Origin: a virus
IMG/VR virus record: IMGVR_UViG_3300005913_000002
Reading direction: 5' to 3' (one strand)
Length of the DNA: 64,000 bases
A program made the position numbers and the translations under genes. Below are positions 1 to 7,806 of the stretch, piece after piece (the stretch's first letter is position 1; each line of letters begins with the position of its first letter). The notes under the pieces were generated by a model that worked only from the letters and a program-made list of their open reading frames with translations, was not told the origin of the DNA and made no database searches.

Positions 1-199
1 CGAAATGGCTGTTTGGCGAGGACCCGGCAGTTTTCGTATATCTAGTGCTGATAGTTTTCACCGTATTGAATTGGATCCAGATGTAACTTGTTGGACACTG
101 TTTATGCCAGGTCCACAAAAACGTGAATGGGGTTTCGCTACTCGAGCAGGATGGGTGCAGCACGATCAATATATAGAAAGTAAAATAAATGGATACTAA
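1..199 (+). CDS. C-terminal part of a cupin-like protein (probably starts before the window)
   Basis: ORF fragment with cupin-type 'FHRIEL...CWTLFMPGP..REWGF' pattern; its end overlaps the next ATG. Confidence 0.5.
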   Translation, partial: EMAVWRGPGSFRISSADSFHRIELDPDVTCWTLFMPGPQKREWGFATRAGWVQHDQYIESKINGY

Positions 200-461
200 A
201 GTACACGAAATTATGAATATTGCTTCTGAAGAATGTGCAGAAGTAATTCAAGCAATTAGTAAATGTCACAGATTTGGTTTGAATAACTATAAACCAGGCA
301 AGCCACTAACTAATGCTCAACACCTAGAAGTAGAATTAGGGGATTTACTTGCTATGGTAGATCTGTTAAAATCTAATAACATTGTAACACAAGAAGGTCT
401 TGATATTGCAAAAGCAGCCAAGATTGAAAAACTTAAGAAATGGTCTAACATATATGAGTAA
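189..461 (+). CDS. MazG-like nucleotide pyrophosphohydrolase
   Basis: EExxE...ExxD acidic helices: 'ASEECAEVIQAISK' and 'LEVELGDLLAMV'. Confidence 0.75.
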   Translation: MDTKVHEIMNIASEECAEVIQAISKCHRFGLNNYKPGKPLTNAQHLEVELGDLLAMVDLLKSNNIVTQEGLDIAKAAKIEKLKKWSNIYE

Positions 462-1311
462 ATTAAAAATAGCAGAATTGTTTTATTCAATTCAAGGAGA
501 AGGACGCTATATGGGAGTGCCCAGTGTCTTTCTTAGGACCTTTGGCTGCAATTTTTCTTGCAGGGGTTTCGGTATGCCACGTGGAAAACTAAGTTCAGAA
601 GCCGAAGACATTGCAGAAGTTGCACATATGTATAACAAATACGAATTACTTCCACTTGTGAGCACAGGATGTGATAGTTATGCATCGTGGCATCCGAGTT
701 TTAAAAATCTAAGCCCAATGCTTACTAGTGATGCTATTGCAGATCGCATTGCAGAAATTATTCCTCACGGTGAATGGCGAGATGAACACTTGGTTATCAC
801 AGGCGGTGAGCCTTTGCTAGGTTGGCAACGTGCTTATCCAGACTTACTGAATCATCCTAAGATGCAGGGTTTAAAAGAAATTACATTCGAAACCAACGGT
901 ACTCAAGAACTTACATCAGAGTTCAAGCAGTACTTGCATACTTGGAAATCACATCATGACAAAGATTTTTGGAGAGAGATCACATTTAGTGTAAGTGCTA
1001 AATTGCCTTGTAGTGGAGAAAAGTGGGAAGATGCAATTAAGCCAGAGATTGTGTGCGAGTATGAAAAATACGGTACAGCATATCTTAAGTTTGTGATTGC
1101 CAACGACCAAGATTTTGCTGATGTTGAACGTGCCGTTACTGAATATCGTGCTGCTGGATTTACAGGTCATGTATACTTGATGCCAGTCGGCGGTGTGGAA
1201 AGTGTTTATGCGATGAACAATCGTGCAGTAGCAAACCTAGCAATGAAGAACGGGTTACGATACAGTGATCGACTACAAGTACCGTTGTTTAAAAACGAAT
1301 GGGGTACCTAA
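454..1311 (+). CDS. queE: 7-carboxy-7-deazaguanine synthase QueE (radical SAM); likely start ATG 454
   Basis: 'ELFYSIQGEGRYMGVPSVFLRTFGCNFSC', 'GCDS', 'ITGGEPLL', 'FETNGT', 'LKFVI', 'YLMP', 'RYSDRLQ'. Confidence 0.85.
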   Translation: MSKLKIAELFYSIQGEGRYMGVPSVFLRTFGCNFSCRGFGMPRGKLSSEAEDIAEVAHMYNKYELLPLVSTGCDSYASWHPSFKNLSPMLTSDAIADRIAEIIPHGEWRDEHLVITGGEPLLGWQRAYPDLLNHPKMQGLKEITFETNGTQELTSEFKQYLHTWKSHHDKDFWREITFSVSAKLPCSGEKWEDAIKPEIVCEYEKYGTAYLKFVIANDQDFADVERAVTEYRAAGFTGHVYLMPVGGVESVYAMNNRAVANLAMKNGLRYSDRLQVPLFKNEWGT

Positions 1312-1766
1312 TGAAAAAAATTATTAAAAAACTTTTTGGCATTGACAAGATAGAAGCCGATATAGTAAAAGCAGTAGAGGCAGAAGAGCAGCGGCTTAAG
1401 GAGCAAGAAGAGCGGCTTAAGGAGCAAGAAGAGCAATTAAAGGAAGAAGAAATGGAACTTTTAAAAAAGAAAAATCCTAAAGAGTATGCTACTAAAAATA
1501 AAGAACCGTGGGTAGCCGTTTTAGATACTCATGTTAACAAAGAAAATGTTCGTAACGGATTTTTTGAACTTGACTGGAATGAATACTTTGTGTTACAATT
1601 ACGAAGTGCAGGCTATTCTGGTAATACAGATGAAGAAATAGTCGACTTATGGTTCCAAGAACTTTGCAGAAATGTCGGTGCTGAAGAAGATGTCGATATG
1701 GAACGTAGAGGTAGTGGATATATTAATCGTGCCCTTAGAGATGACGGCAAAACAGAGGTCAGTTAA
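1311..1766 (+). CDS. hypothetical phage protein with N-terminal coiled coil
   Basis: ATG overlaps the queE stop (TAATG); E/K/Q heptads followed by a globular 'NGFFELDWNEYF' region. Confidence 0.7.
   Translation: MKKIIKKLFGIDKIEADIVKAVEAEEQRLKEQEERLKEQEEQLKEEEMELLKKKNPKEYATKNKEPWVAVLDTHVNKENVRNGFFELDWNEYFVLQLRSAGYSGNTDEEIVDLWFQELCRNVGAEEDVDMERRGSGYINRALRDDGKTEVS
1386..1448 (+). repeat. three 21-bp tandem repeats encoding coiled-coil heptads
   Basis: gagcagcggcttaaggagcaa / gaagagcggcttaaggagcaa / gaagagcaattaaaggaagaa. Confidence 0.85.
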
Positions 1767-2755
1767 TGGAAACATATATTATTGTAGACACAGCAAATAC
1801 TTTCTTTCGTGCTAGACATGTAGTTCGAGGCAGTGTAGAAGACAAAGTCGGTATGAGCATCCATACTGTGTTAAGCAGTGTTCGCAAAGCATGGAGAGAT
1901 TTTAAAGGATCCCATGTTGTATTTGCATTAGAAGGTCGCAGTTGGCGTAAGGATTATTATGCTCCCTACAAGCGGCAACGTACCGAAGCAAGAGCAGCAC
2001 AAAGTCCAAAAGAACAAGAAGAAGATCGTGTTTTTTGGGAAACATTTGACGAATTTAAATCCTTTATTTCAGAAAAGACTAATTGCACAACATTGCAACA
2101 TCCACAGTTAGAAGCAGATGATCTAATTGCAGGATGGATACAAAGTCATCCAAATGATAATCATATTATTATTTCAACTGACGGGGACTTTGCTCAACTT
2201 ATTGCACCTAATGTAAAACAATATAACGGTGTCAGTCAAGTTACAACTACTCACGAGGGATACTTTGATGAGAAAAATAAACGTGTAAAAGATAAAAAAA
2301 CCAAAGAAGAAAAGCCTGCTCCTAATCCAGAATGGCTGTTGTTCGAAAAGTGCATGCGTGGAGATACTAGCGACAATGTGTTTAGTGCATATCCTGGTGT
2401 TCGAGTAAAGGGAACAAAAAATAAAATTGGACTTACAGAAGCATTTAACGACAAACAGTCTAAAGGGTTTGCATGGAACAATATGATGCTACAGCGATGG
2501 ACTGATCACGAAAGTGTCGAACATCGTGTGTTAGATGATTATAATAGAAATGTAGTGCTATGTGACTTGACTGCACAGCCGGATAATATTAAACTGTTGA
2601 TAACAGAAACAATTAATAATGCAACTTCAGTTGATAAAAATATTAGCCAAGTAGGCATTCGATTGTTAAAATTTTGTGCAACTTATGACATGCAAAAAGT
2701 CAGTGAGCAGGTGCAAAGTTATGCAGATCCATTAAACGCAAGGTATACAATATGA
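1766..2755 (+). CDS. rnh: 5'-3' exonuclease / flap endonuclease (T4 RNase H-like)
   Basis: FEN-family motifs 'VDTANTFFRA', 'WRKDYYAPYKRQR', 'EADDLIA', 'STDGDF', 'GDTSDNV'. Confidence 0.85.
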   Translation: METYIIVDTANTFFRARHVVRGSVEDKVGMSIHTVLSSVRKAWRDFKGSHVVFALEGRSWRKDYYAPYKRQRTEARAAQSPKEQEEDRVFWETFDEFKSFISEKTNCTTLQHPQLEADDLIAGWIQSHPNDNHIIISTDGDFAQLIAPNVKQYNGVSQVTTTHEGYFDEKNKRVKDKKTKEEKPAPNPEWLLFEKCMRGDTSDNVFSAYPGVRVKGTKNKIGLTEAFNDKQSKGFAWNNMMLQRWTDHESVEHRVLDDYNRNVVLCDLTAQPDNIKLLITETINNATSVDKNISQVGIRLLKFCATYDMQKVSEQVQSYADPLNARYTI

Positions 2756-3237
2756 CAACAATTGCAAAAGTATTAGTTCCTAATAAAAGTTGGTTGTTAG
2801 AAGACAACGGACTAAAAATAGGTACACTAAACAAACAAAGAAGTTCTTATTATATTTTAAAAAACGGCGAAGAACTTTCATTAGGTAATGCAAAAGACCT
2901 ACAGGAAAAATTAGGCAATATATTATTTGAACCAGAATTAACCAAAACATATGTAACTAAAGAATATGCAGTGTACGAATATCCATGCAATTCAAAACCT
3001 TACGGAGCAGTTTATAATATTAAACGTAAATTACCTATATATGCAAAAAGTACAAAAAGCAAAAGTCAGTACTGTGCAGGCTATTATGTAATTAAATTCC
3101 GTAAAGGATGGGTTAAAAGTTATTGTCCTAAACTAATTACTCTAGATAGATATCCATTTTACGGACCGTTTAAAAGCGAATCAGAAATGAAAAATATGCT
3201 ATCTACTATTAATAAAAAAGAAAATGAAACAAATTAA
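2752..3237 (+). CDS. hypothetical protein
   Basis: 161-aa ORF overlapping the upstream stop (ATGA). Confidence 0.7.
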   Translation: MTTIAKVLVPNKSWLLEDNGLKIGTLNKQRSSYYILKNGEELSLGNAKDLQEKLGNILFEPELTKTYVTKEYAVYEYPCNSKPYGAVYNIKRKLPIYAKSTKSKSQYCAGYYVIKFRKGWVKSYCPKLITLDRYPFYGPFKSESEMKNMLSTINKKENETN

Positions 3238-3454
3238 TACATTATCAATAGAAAATTTCTTGGAAAAGGCTCGAATTGCAGTCAAATCTAATCAAAAACA
3301 GATAGTTTTAGACATTAAAGAAGCCCAGGCATTATACGATAGTATAGCGCTAGTAATGACTAGACTAACTGGCAAATTAGATGCTGAAATAAATAAACCT
3401 GTAGAAGAAACTGTTATTCAAGTGGCAATGGACGGCGGCGGATTTAAGGAGTAG
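3224..3454 (+). CDS. hypothetical protein
   Basis: 76-aa ORF in operon context, C-terminal 'MDGGGF'. Confidence 0.65.
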   Translation: MKQINTLSIENFLEKARIAVKSNQKQIVLDIKEAQALYDSIALVMTRLTGKLDAEINKPVEETVIQVAMDGGGFKE

Positions 3455-3458
3455 ACTA

Positions 3459-3465
3459 CTAAATA
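3459..3465 (+). promoter_or_regulatory. putative late promoter (CTAAATA)
   Basis: TAAATA core in the intergenic gap, upstream of RBS GGAG and ATG 3496. Confidence 0.5.
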
Positions 3466-3495
3466 TATGCGTATATAACTGGAGATTGTACGTAT

Positions 3496-3795
3496 ATGAG
3501 TAGACCTAAACCAAATGTGTTATTAGAGATAACAAACAAACAAACATATAAAACTGAACAAGTTTTAGAGTCTGATGCTATATGGGCAGTGTTTTATAAA
3601 GATAAGCCAGTTAATCTTAAAACTACAAGTTTTATTGCTCAAGATACCGGACCTAAATATAAAAAAGTAAGTTTTTCAAATAGCGGGCATGCGTACAATC
3701 TTGCAGAAAAACTTAATAAAACTTTTAATTGTAATGACTTCTCCGTTTATAAATTAACATCTGGAGAAAAAATTGTTGACGAATCAAAGAAATGA
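3496..3795 (+). CDS. hypothetical protein
   Basis: 99-aa ORF 'MSRPKP...' with RBS GGAG. Confidence 0.75.
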   Translation: MSRPKPNVLLEITNKQTYKTEQVLESDAIWAVFYKDKPVNLKTTSFIAQDTGPKYKKVSFSNSGHAYNLAEKLNKTFNCNDFSVYKLTSGEKIVDESKK

Positions 3796-4174
3796 TATCA
3801 CTTGTTATGTACTAAAATCATTAGGAAAGCAATACGACAACGAATATGTAAAAAATATGCTTCCTAGATTTTGGGTTAATCCTAGGCAAAAAGAGTCAGG
3901 CGGGCTTAGACTAACCGAAGACGGATATAAATGGCTCAAAGAAGCCGATATCAAAGACTACCAAATTGATATTCCAAAAGGAATAAGTTGGACAAACCAA
4001 TTAATTATTTGGTTAGATCAGTATGTAGAAAGCCCATTTTATCTTACATCCAAAAGTATATTTGTTTTCAATGAGCGCATGGCTGTACAATTGGTATTAT
4101 TTTCTGGAAATGTTGCTAAATTTGGATTAACAAAAGCCAAGGCTGTTGCAAGAAAACAACAAGAAAATAGTTGA
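3773..4174 (+). CDS. hypothetical protein
   Basis: 133-aa ORF filling the gap before the sigma70 promoter; start uncertain. Confidence 0.65.
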   Translation: MLTNQRNDITCYVLKSLGKQYDNEYVKNMLPRFWVNPRQKESGGLRLTEDGYKWLKEADIKDYQIDIPKGISWTNQLIIWLDQYVESPFYLTSKSIFVFNERMAVQLVLFSGNVAKFGLTKAKAVARKQQENS

Positions 4175-4199
4175 CATAGAAACTGAAAACCTGTATAAT
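4171..4199 (+). promoter_or_regulatory. sigma70-type early promoter
   Basis: TTGACA(4171-4176)-17 nt-TATAAT(4194-4199), perfect consensus. Confidence 0.85.
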
Positions 4200-4258
4200 T
4201 TATACATACACTAAAAAGCAGTGTATTAAATTTCAAACACTATTTCAAAGGATTTAAA

Positions 4259-5341
4259 ATGGCAGAATCAATGAGCGGCAACCGTACTGTTAGCCCTAAC
4301 GAAGCAAAGCGTAGTTTGCGTAAATGTGTAAAAATTCAACGTCCTGTGTTTATGTGGGGTCCTCCAGGCATTGGTAAGTCTGACATTGTTCATCAAATTG
4401 GTGCAGAACAAGAACGTGAAGTTATCGACGTTCGATTAAGCCTGTGGGAACCTACTGACATTAAAGGTATTCCGTATTATAATGCAGATATGAAGACTAT
4501 GACTTGGGCTCCTCCTTCAGAGTTGCCGACTGATCCAGAATCTACTGCTATTCTGTTTTTGGACGAATTAAACTCTGCGGCTCCTGCTACTCAAGCGGCT
4601 GCGTATCAGTTAATCCTAAACCGTAAGGTTGGTACCTACGTGTTGCCAAAAGGTGTTAGTATTATTGCCGCAGGTAATCGTGAAACTGATAAAGGTGTAA
4701 CTTATCGTATGCCTGCTCCGTTGGCTAACCGATTTGTTCACATTGAGTTACGTACTGACTTTGACGACTGGTTGATGTGGGCTACTAGCAATCGAATCCA
4801 TGAACAAGTTGTAGGTTATGTGTCTTTTGCCAAAGCAGACTTGTACGATTTTGATCCACGTAGTTCAAGCCGAGCGTTTGCTACTCCTCGTACCTGGTCA
4901 TTTGTTAGCGAGTTGCTCGACGATGATGATTTGCCAGAAAACACTTTGACCGATTTAGTTGCAGGTGCAGTCGGTGAAGGTCTTGCAGTTAAATTCATGG
5001 CACACCGGAAAGTTGCCAAACAAATGCCTAAGCCAGAAGATATTTTGGCAGGTAAAATTTCCAAATGCGATATCAAAGAAATTTCTGCAATGTATTCGTT
5101 GACTACTTCCATGTGTTACGAACTTCAAGAAGCAGATAGGAAGAAGGTTAAAAATTGGGACGAAATGAGTGATAACTTCTTTTCATTCATGATGGATAAC
5201 TTTCCGACTGAATTGGTTGTCATGGGTGCCAAAGTTGCTCTTACTAACTACGGGTTGCCGTTTGATGCTTCTAAAATGAAGAACTTCGATCGCTTCCACG
5301 AAAAGTACGGCAAGTACATTATCCAAGCAATGGAAAACTAA
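4259..5341 (+). CDS. MoxR-like AAA+ ATPase
   Basis: Walker A GPPGIGKS, Walker B LFLDE, sensor 'AAGN', arginine finger 'LANRF'. Confidence 0.85.
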   Translation: MAESMSGNRTVSPNEAKRSLRKCVKIQRPVFMWGPPGIGKSDIVHQIGAEQEREVIDVRLSLWEPTDIKGIPYYNADMKTMTWAPPSELPTDPESTAILFLDELNSAAPATQAAAYQLILNRKVGTYVLPKGVSIIAAGNRETDKGVTYRMPAPLANRFVHIELRTDFDDWLMWATSNRIHEQVVGYVSFAKADLYDFDPRSSSRAFATPRTWSFVSELLDDDDLPENTLTDLVAGAVGEGLAVKFMAHRKVAKQMPKPEDILAGKISKCDIKEISAMYSLTTSMCYELQEADRKKVKNWDEMSDNFFSFMMDNFPTELVVMGAKVALTNYGLPFDASKMKNFDRFHEKYGKYIIQAMEN

Positions 5342-5364
5342 AATAGGCCCTACGGGGCCTATTT
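5341..5364 (+). terminator. hairpin, probable intrinsic terminator
   Basis: aaataggccc-tacg-gggcctattt: 10-bp stem with UNCG-type loop right after the stop; short U-tract. Confidence 0.65.
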
Positions 5365-5366
5365 AC

Positions 5367-5395
5367 TTGACAAAATGGTAAAAAGACTATATAAT
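5367..5395 (+). promoter_or_regulatory. sigma70-type early promoter
   Basis: TTGACA(5367-5372)-17 nt-TATAAT(5390-5395), perfect consensus. Confidence 0.85.
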
Positions 5396-5425
5396 ATTAA
5401 CATAGACAACGCAAAAAGGATCAAA

Positions 5426-6670
5426 ATGTCAGCAGTAATGAAAACTGAAAAAATTGCAAAGCCAGTTAAAACTAAAGAATATTCTCAAGCAGATAAAAAT
5501 AAAATTGTAGAAAAACTAGTTACTGCTCGTGTAGGTCTGTTGCTTCGACATCCTTTCTTTGGTAACCTAGCAACTCGCATGAAATTAATCGATGCCAGTG
5601 ATTGGTGTTCAACTTTAGCAACTGATGGTCGTAATTTTTATTACAATTTAGAGTTTGTTAATAAACTCAAGCCTAAAGAAGCAGAATTTGGGTTTGCTCA
5701 TGAAGTGTTGCATAACGTATTTGATCACTTGGGTCGTAAAGAGCATCGTGACTCTCAATTGTCAAACATTGCCGCAGACTTTGCAGTTAATCAAATTCTT
5801 AAAGATGAACGCATTGGCGAAGTGCCGCATTTTATTAAGATTTTACAAGATAACAAATACCGTGGCATGAGTTACGAAGAGATCTATGATGACCTATATG
5901 AAAATGCAGAAAAAATTAATCTATCTGCTCTCGGTGAATTGTTAGACGAGCATTTAGACGGAGAAGGCGACGGCGACGGCGACGGTGATAAAGACGGTAC
6001 CGGACGTCCTCGCCTGAGTGCCGAAGAACGTAAAAAAATTCGTGACGAAATCAAGGAAGCAATGGTAGCGGCTGCTCAATCAGCAGGGTATGGCAATGTT
6101 CCTGGAGGTATTCGACGTCTTATCCAAGATTTTACTGAACCTAAAATGGATTGGCGTCAATTGTTGCGCATGAATATTCAAAGTATTATCAAAAGTAATT
6201 TTAGTTTTAATCGCCCTAACCGCAAGAGTATGCATAGTGGTGCAGTGTTGCCGGGTTTAATGAATGAAGAAACTATTGATGTTTGTGTAGCAATTGATAT
6301 GTCAGGTTCAATTAGCAACAGTCAGGCCAAAGATTTTATTAGTGAAGTCAAAGGCATTATGGACGAATATCAAGATTTTAAATTGCAACTATGGTGTTTC
6401 GATACTGAAGTATACAACTATGCTTCATACAGCGGAGACAGCGCACACGAAATTTTGAACTACGAAATTAAAGGTGGGGGTGGTACAGCATTTGAAGCCA
6501 ACTGGGAATTTATGAAGGAAGAAGGCATTGAACCCAAACGGTTTATCATGTTTACAGACGGATATCCGTGCGGTACCTGGGGCGATGAAGAATACTGCGA
6601 AACTTTATTTGTAGTACACGGTAATGATTCCATTGTTGCACCATTTGGCCAGACTGCCCATTATAAATAA
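5426..6670 (+). CDS. HEXXH metallopeptidase-like plus VWA domain protein (DUF2201-type MoxR partner); likely start ATG 5426
   Basis: 'TLATDG', 'AHEVLH', 'NIAADFAVN'; VWA MIDAS 'IDMSGS', 'GGGGT', 'FTDG'. The track's start at 5375 lies inside the promoter; AAGGA precedes ATG 5426. Confidence 0.8.
   Translation: MSAVMKTEKIAKPVKTKEYSQADKNKIVEKLVTARVGLLLRHPFFGNLATRMKLIDASDWCSTLATDGRNFYYNLEFVNKLKPKEAEFGFAHEVLHNVFDHLGRKEHRDSQLSNIAADFAVNQILKDERIGEVPHFIKILQDNKYRGMSYEEIYDDLYENAEKINLSALGELLDEHLDGEGDGDGDGDKDGTGRPRLSAEERKKIRDEIKEAMVAAAQSAGYGNVPGGIRRLIQDFTEPKMDWRQLLRMNIQSIIKSNFSFNRPNRKSMHSGAVLPGLMNEETIDVCVAIDMSGSISNSQAKDFISEVKGIMDEYQDFKLQLWCFDTEVYNYASYSGDSAHEILNYEIKGGGGTAFEANWEFMKEEGIEPKRFIMFTDGYPCGTWGDEEYCETLFVVHGNDSIVAPFGQTAHYK
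6662..6669 (+). promoter_or_regulatory. T4-type late promoter TATAAATA
   Basis: Exact T4 late consensus overlapping the VWA gene stop, upstream of ORF 6683. Confidence 0.6.
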
Positions 6671-6682
6671 AGTAGGTATATA

Positions 6683-6955
6683 ATGGGCATTTATAAAAAT
6701 GATGTAAATCCATTGAATGTTTTAGGTATGAGGCGATTAACGCAAATACCACCTAATTTTACAAAATTTCAAATTAAAAATTTTGTAGATATGAGAGAAC
6801 TAGATCGATGGATTTATCTAAATTTAAATAGTAGGTACTGTGTCAAAAAATCTACCGCGGTGGTAGAAAATAAACTAACTACTATTATTGAAGTCGGAAT
6901 AGAAGATCCAAAAGAAGTCTCTATGATGACTTTAGCCTGTCCACATTTAAATTAA
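6683..6955 (+). CDS. hypothetical protein
   Basis: 90-aa ORF in operon context. Confidence 0.7.
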   Translation: MGIYKNDVNPLNVLGMRRLTQIPPNFTKFQIKNFVDMRELDRWIYLNLNSRYCVKKSTAVVENKLTTIIEVGIEDPKEVSMMTLACPHLN

Positions 6956-6967
6956 TAAGGAAATAAA

Positions 6968-7183
6968 ATGTCAGAAGAACAAAAAGGGCCAGAACTAACT
7001 GTTACTGATTTGCAAAATATTAGATCAATCATCGATATTGCTGCTACTCGAGGAGCATTTAAAGCAAACGAAATGGCTGCTGTAGGTGCAGTATTCAATA
7101 AACTTGATGTGTTTTTGGCAGCAGTTGTGCCTGCTCAACAAAAAGAGCAGGCAGAAGCAGAAGCAGCCGCTCAACCAGAATAA
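6968..7183 (+). CDS. hypothetical protein
   Basis: 71-aa ORF with RBS AAGGA; 'IIDIAATRGAFKANE' helix. Confidence 0.75.
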   Translation: MSEEQKGPELTVTDLQNIRSIIDIAATRGAFKANEMAAVGAVFNKLDVFLAAVVPAQQKEQAEAEAAAQPE

Positions 7184-7193
7184 GGATTAAATT

Positions 7194-7778
7194 ATGAAGC
7201 ATGTTGGAAAAATGAAAAATAACGGCGCAAGAGTTGCCGTAGTATATAGGACACTTCCAGGTGACCATCTTAGCGCTCTCGTGGTAGGTACCAACGGTTT
7301 AGGTGATTCCTACCACGACGGATTGATGCAAATAATTGAAGAACCATCAGGGCAAAGTGCAAATGAACTAGCAGATATTTTGGCTGTTCGACGTTTCCCA
7401 GACGGACGCAACATGTTAGAATTTTTGCATGTTAATGGTCATCTTAAAAAAGTTGCAACTAATGCAGTGCTAATGACTCCTGCTCCTCAGACTCAAATTC
7501 AATTAGACGAGTTAAACAAATTGATTGCAGATCAAAAGGGTCTTCGATTAGAAGATCTTTCTATTGCAGAAAATGCAGAATCAATTGCTCCGGCAGTTAA
7601 AACATTGCCAGAGGTAACACCTGCTCCTGCTGAAGTTGTAGAATCATTTGACCTTACACCGGCAGAAATGCGTAGTAGAGCAGATACTCTTTATAAAGAG
7701 GCTGCTAAGTTGCGTAAGGATGCAGATGCAATGGATCCGCCAAAGAAGAAAACTACTAAAGAAAAAGTAGAAGCATAA
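7194..7778 (+). CDS. hypothetical protein
   Basis: 194-aa ORF with RBS AAGGA, ending at the terminator. Confidence 0.75.
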   Translation: MKHVGKMKNNGARVAVVYRTLPGDHLSALVVGTNGLGDSYHDGLMQIIEEPSGQSANELADILAVRRFPDGRNMLEFLHVNGHLKKVATNAVLMTPAPQTQIQLDELNKLIADQKGLRLEDLSIAENAESIAPAVKTLPEVTPAPAEVVESFDLTPAEMRSRADTLYKEAAKLRKDADAMDPPKKKTTKEKVEA

Positions 7779-7806
7779 AAAAAGCACCCTCCGGGGTGCT
7801 TTTTTT
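7777..7806. terminator. bidirectional intrinsic terminator between convergent gene blocks
   Basis: aaaaaaagcaccc-tccg-gggtgcttttttt with A-tract and T-tract flanks. Confidence 0.85.

Noticed and set aside
5375-5425. Track start sites at 5375 (also 400, 1299 and 49241)
   Set aside because: These longer starts overlap promoters or upstream genes; downstream ATGs with an RBS or translational coupling fit better
5965-5982. (GGCGAC)3 microsatellite as a phase-variation site
   Set aside because: The 6-bp unit keeps the frame and only encodes a Gly-Asp linker
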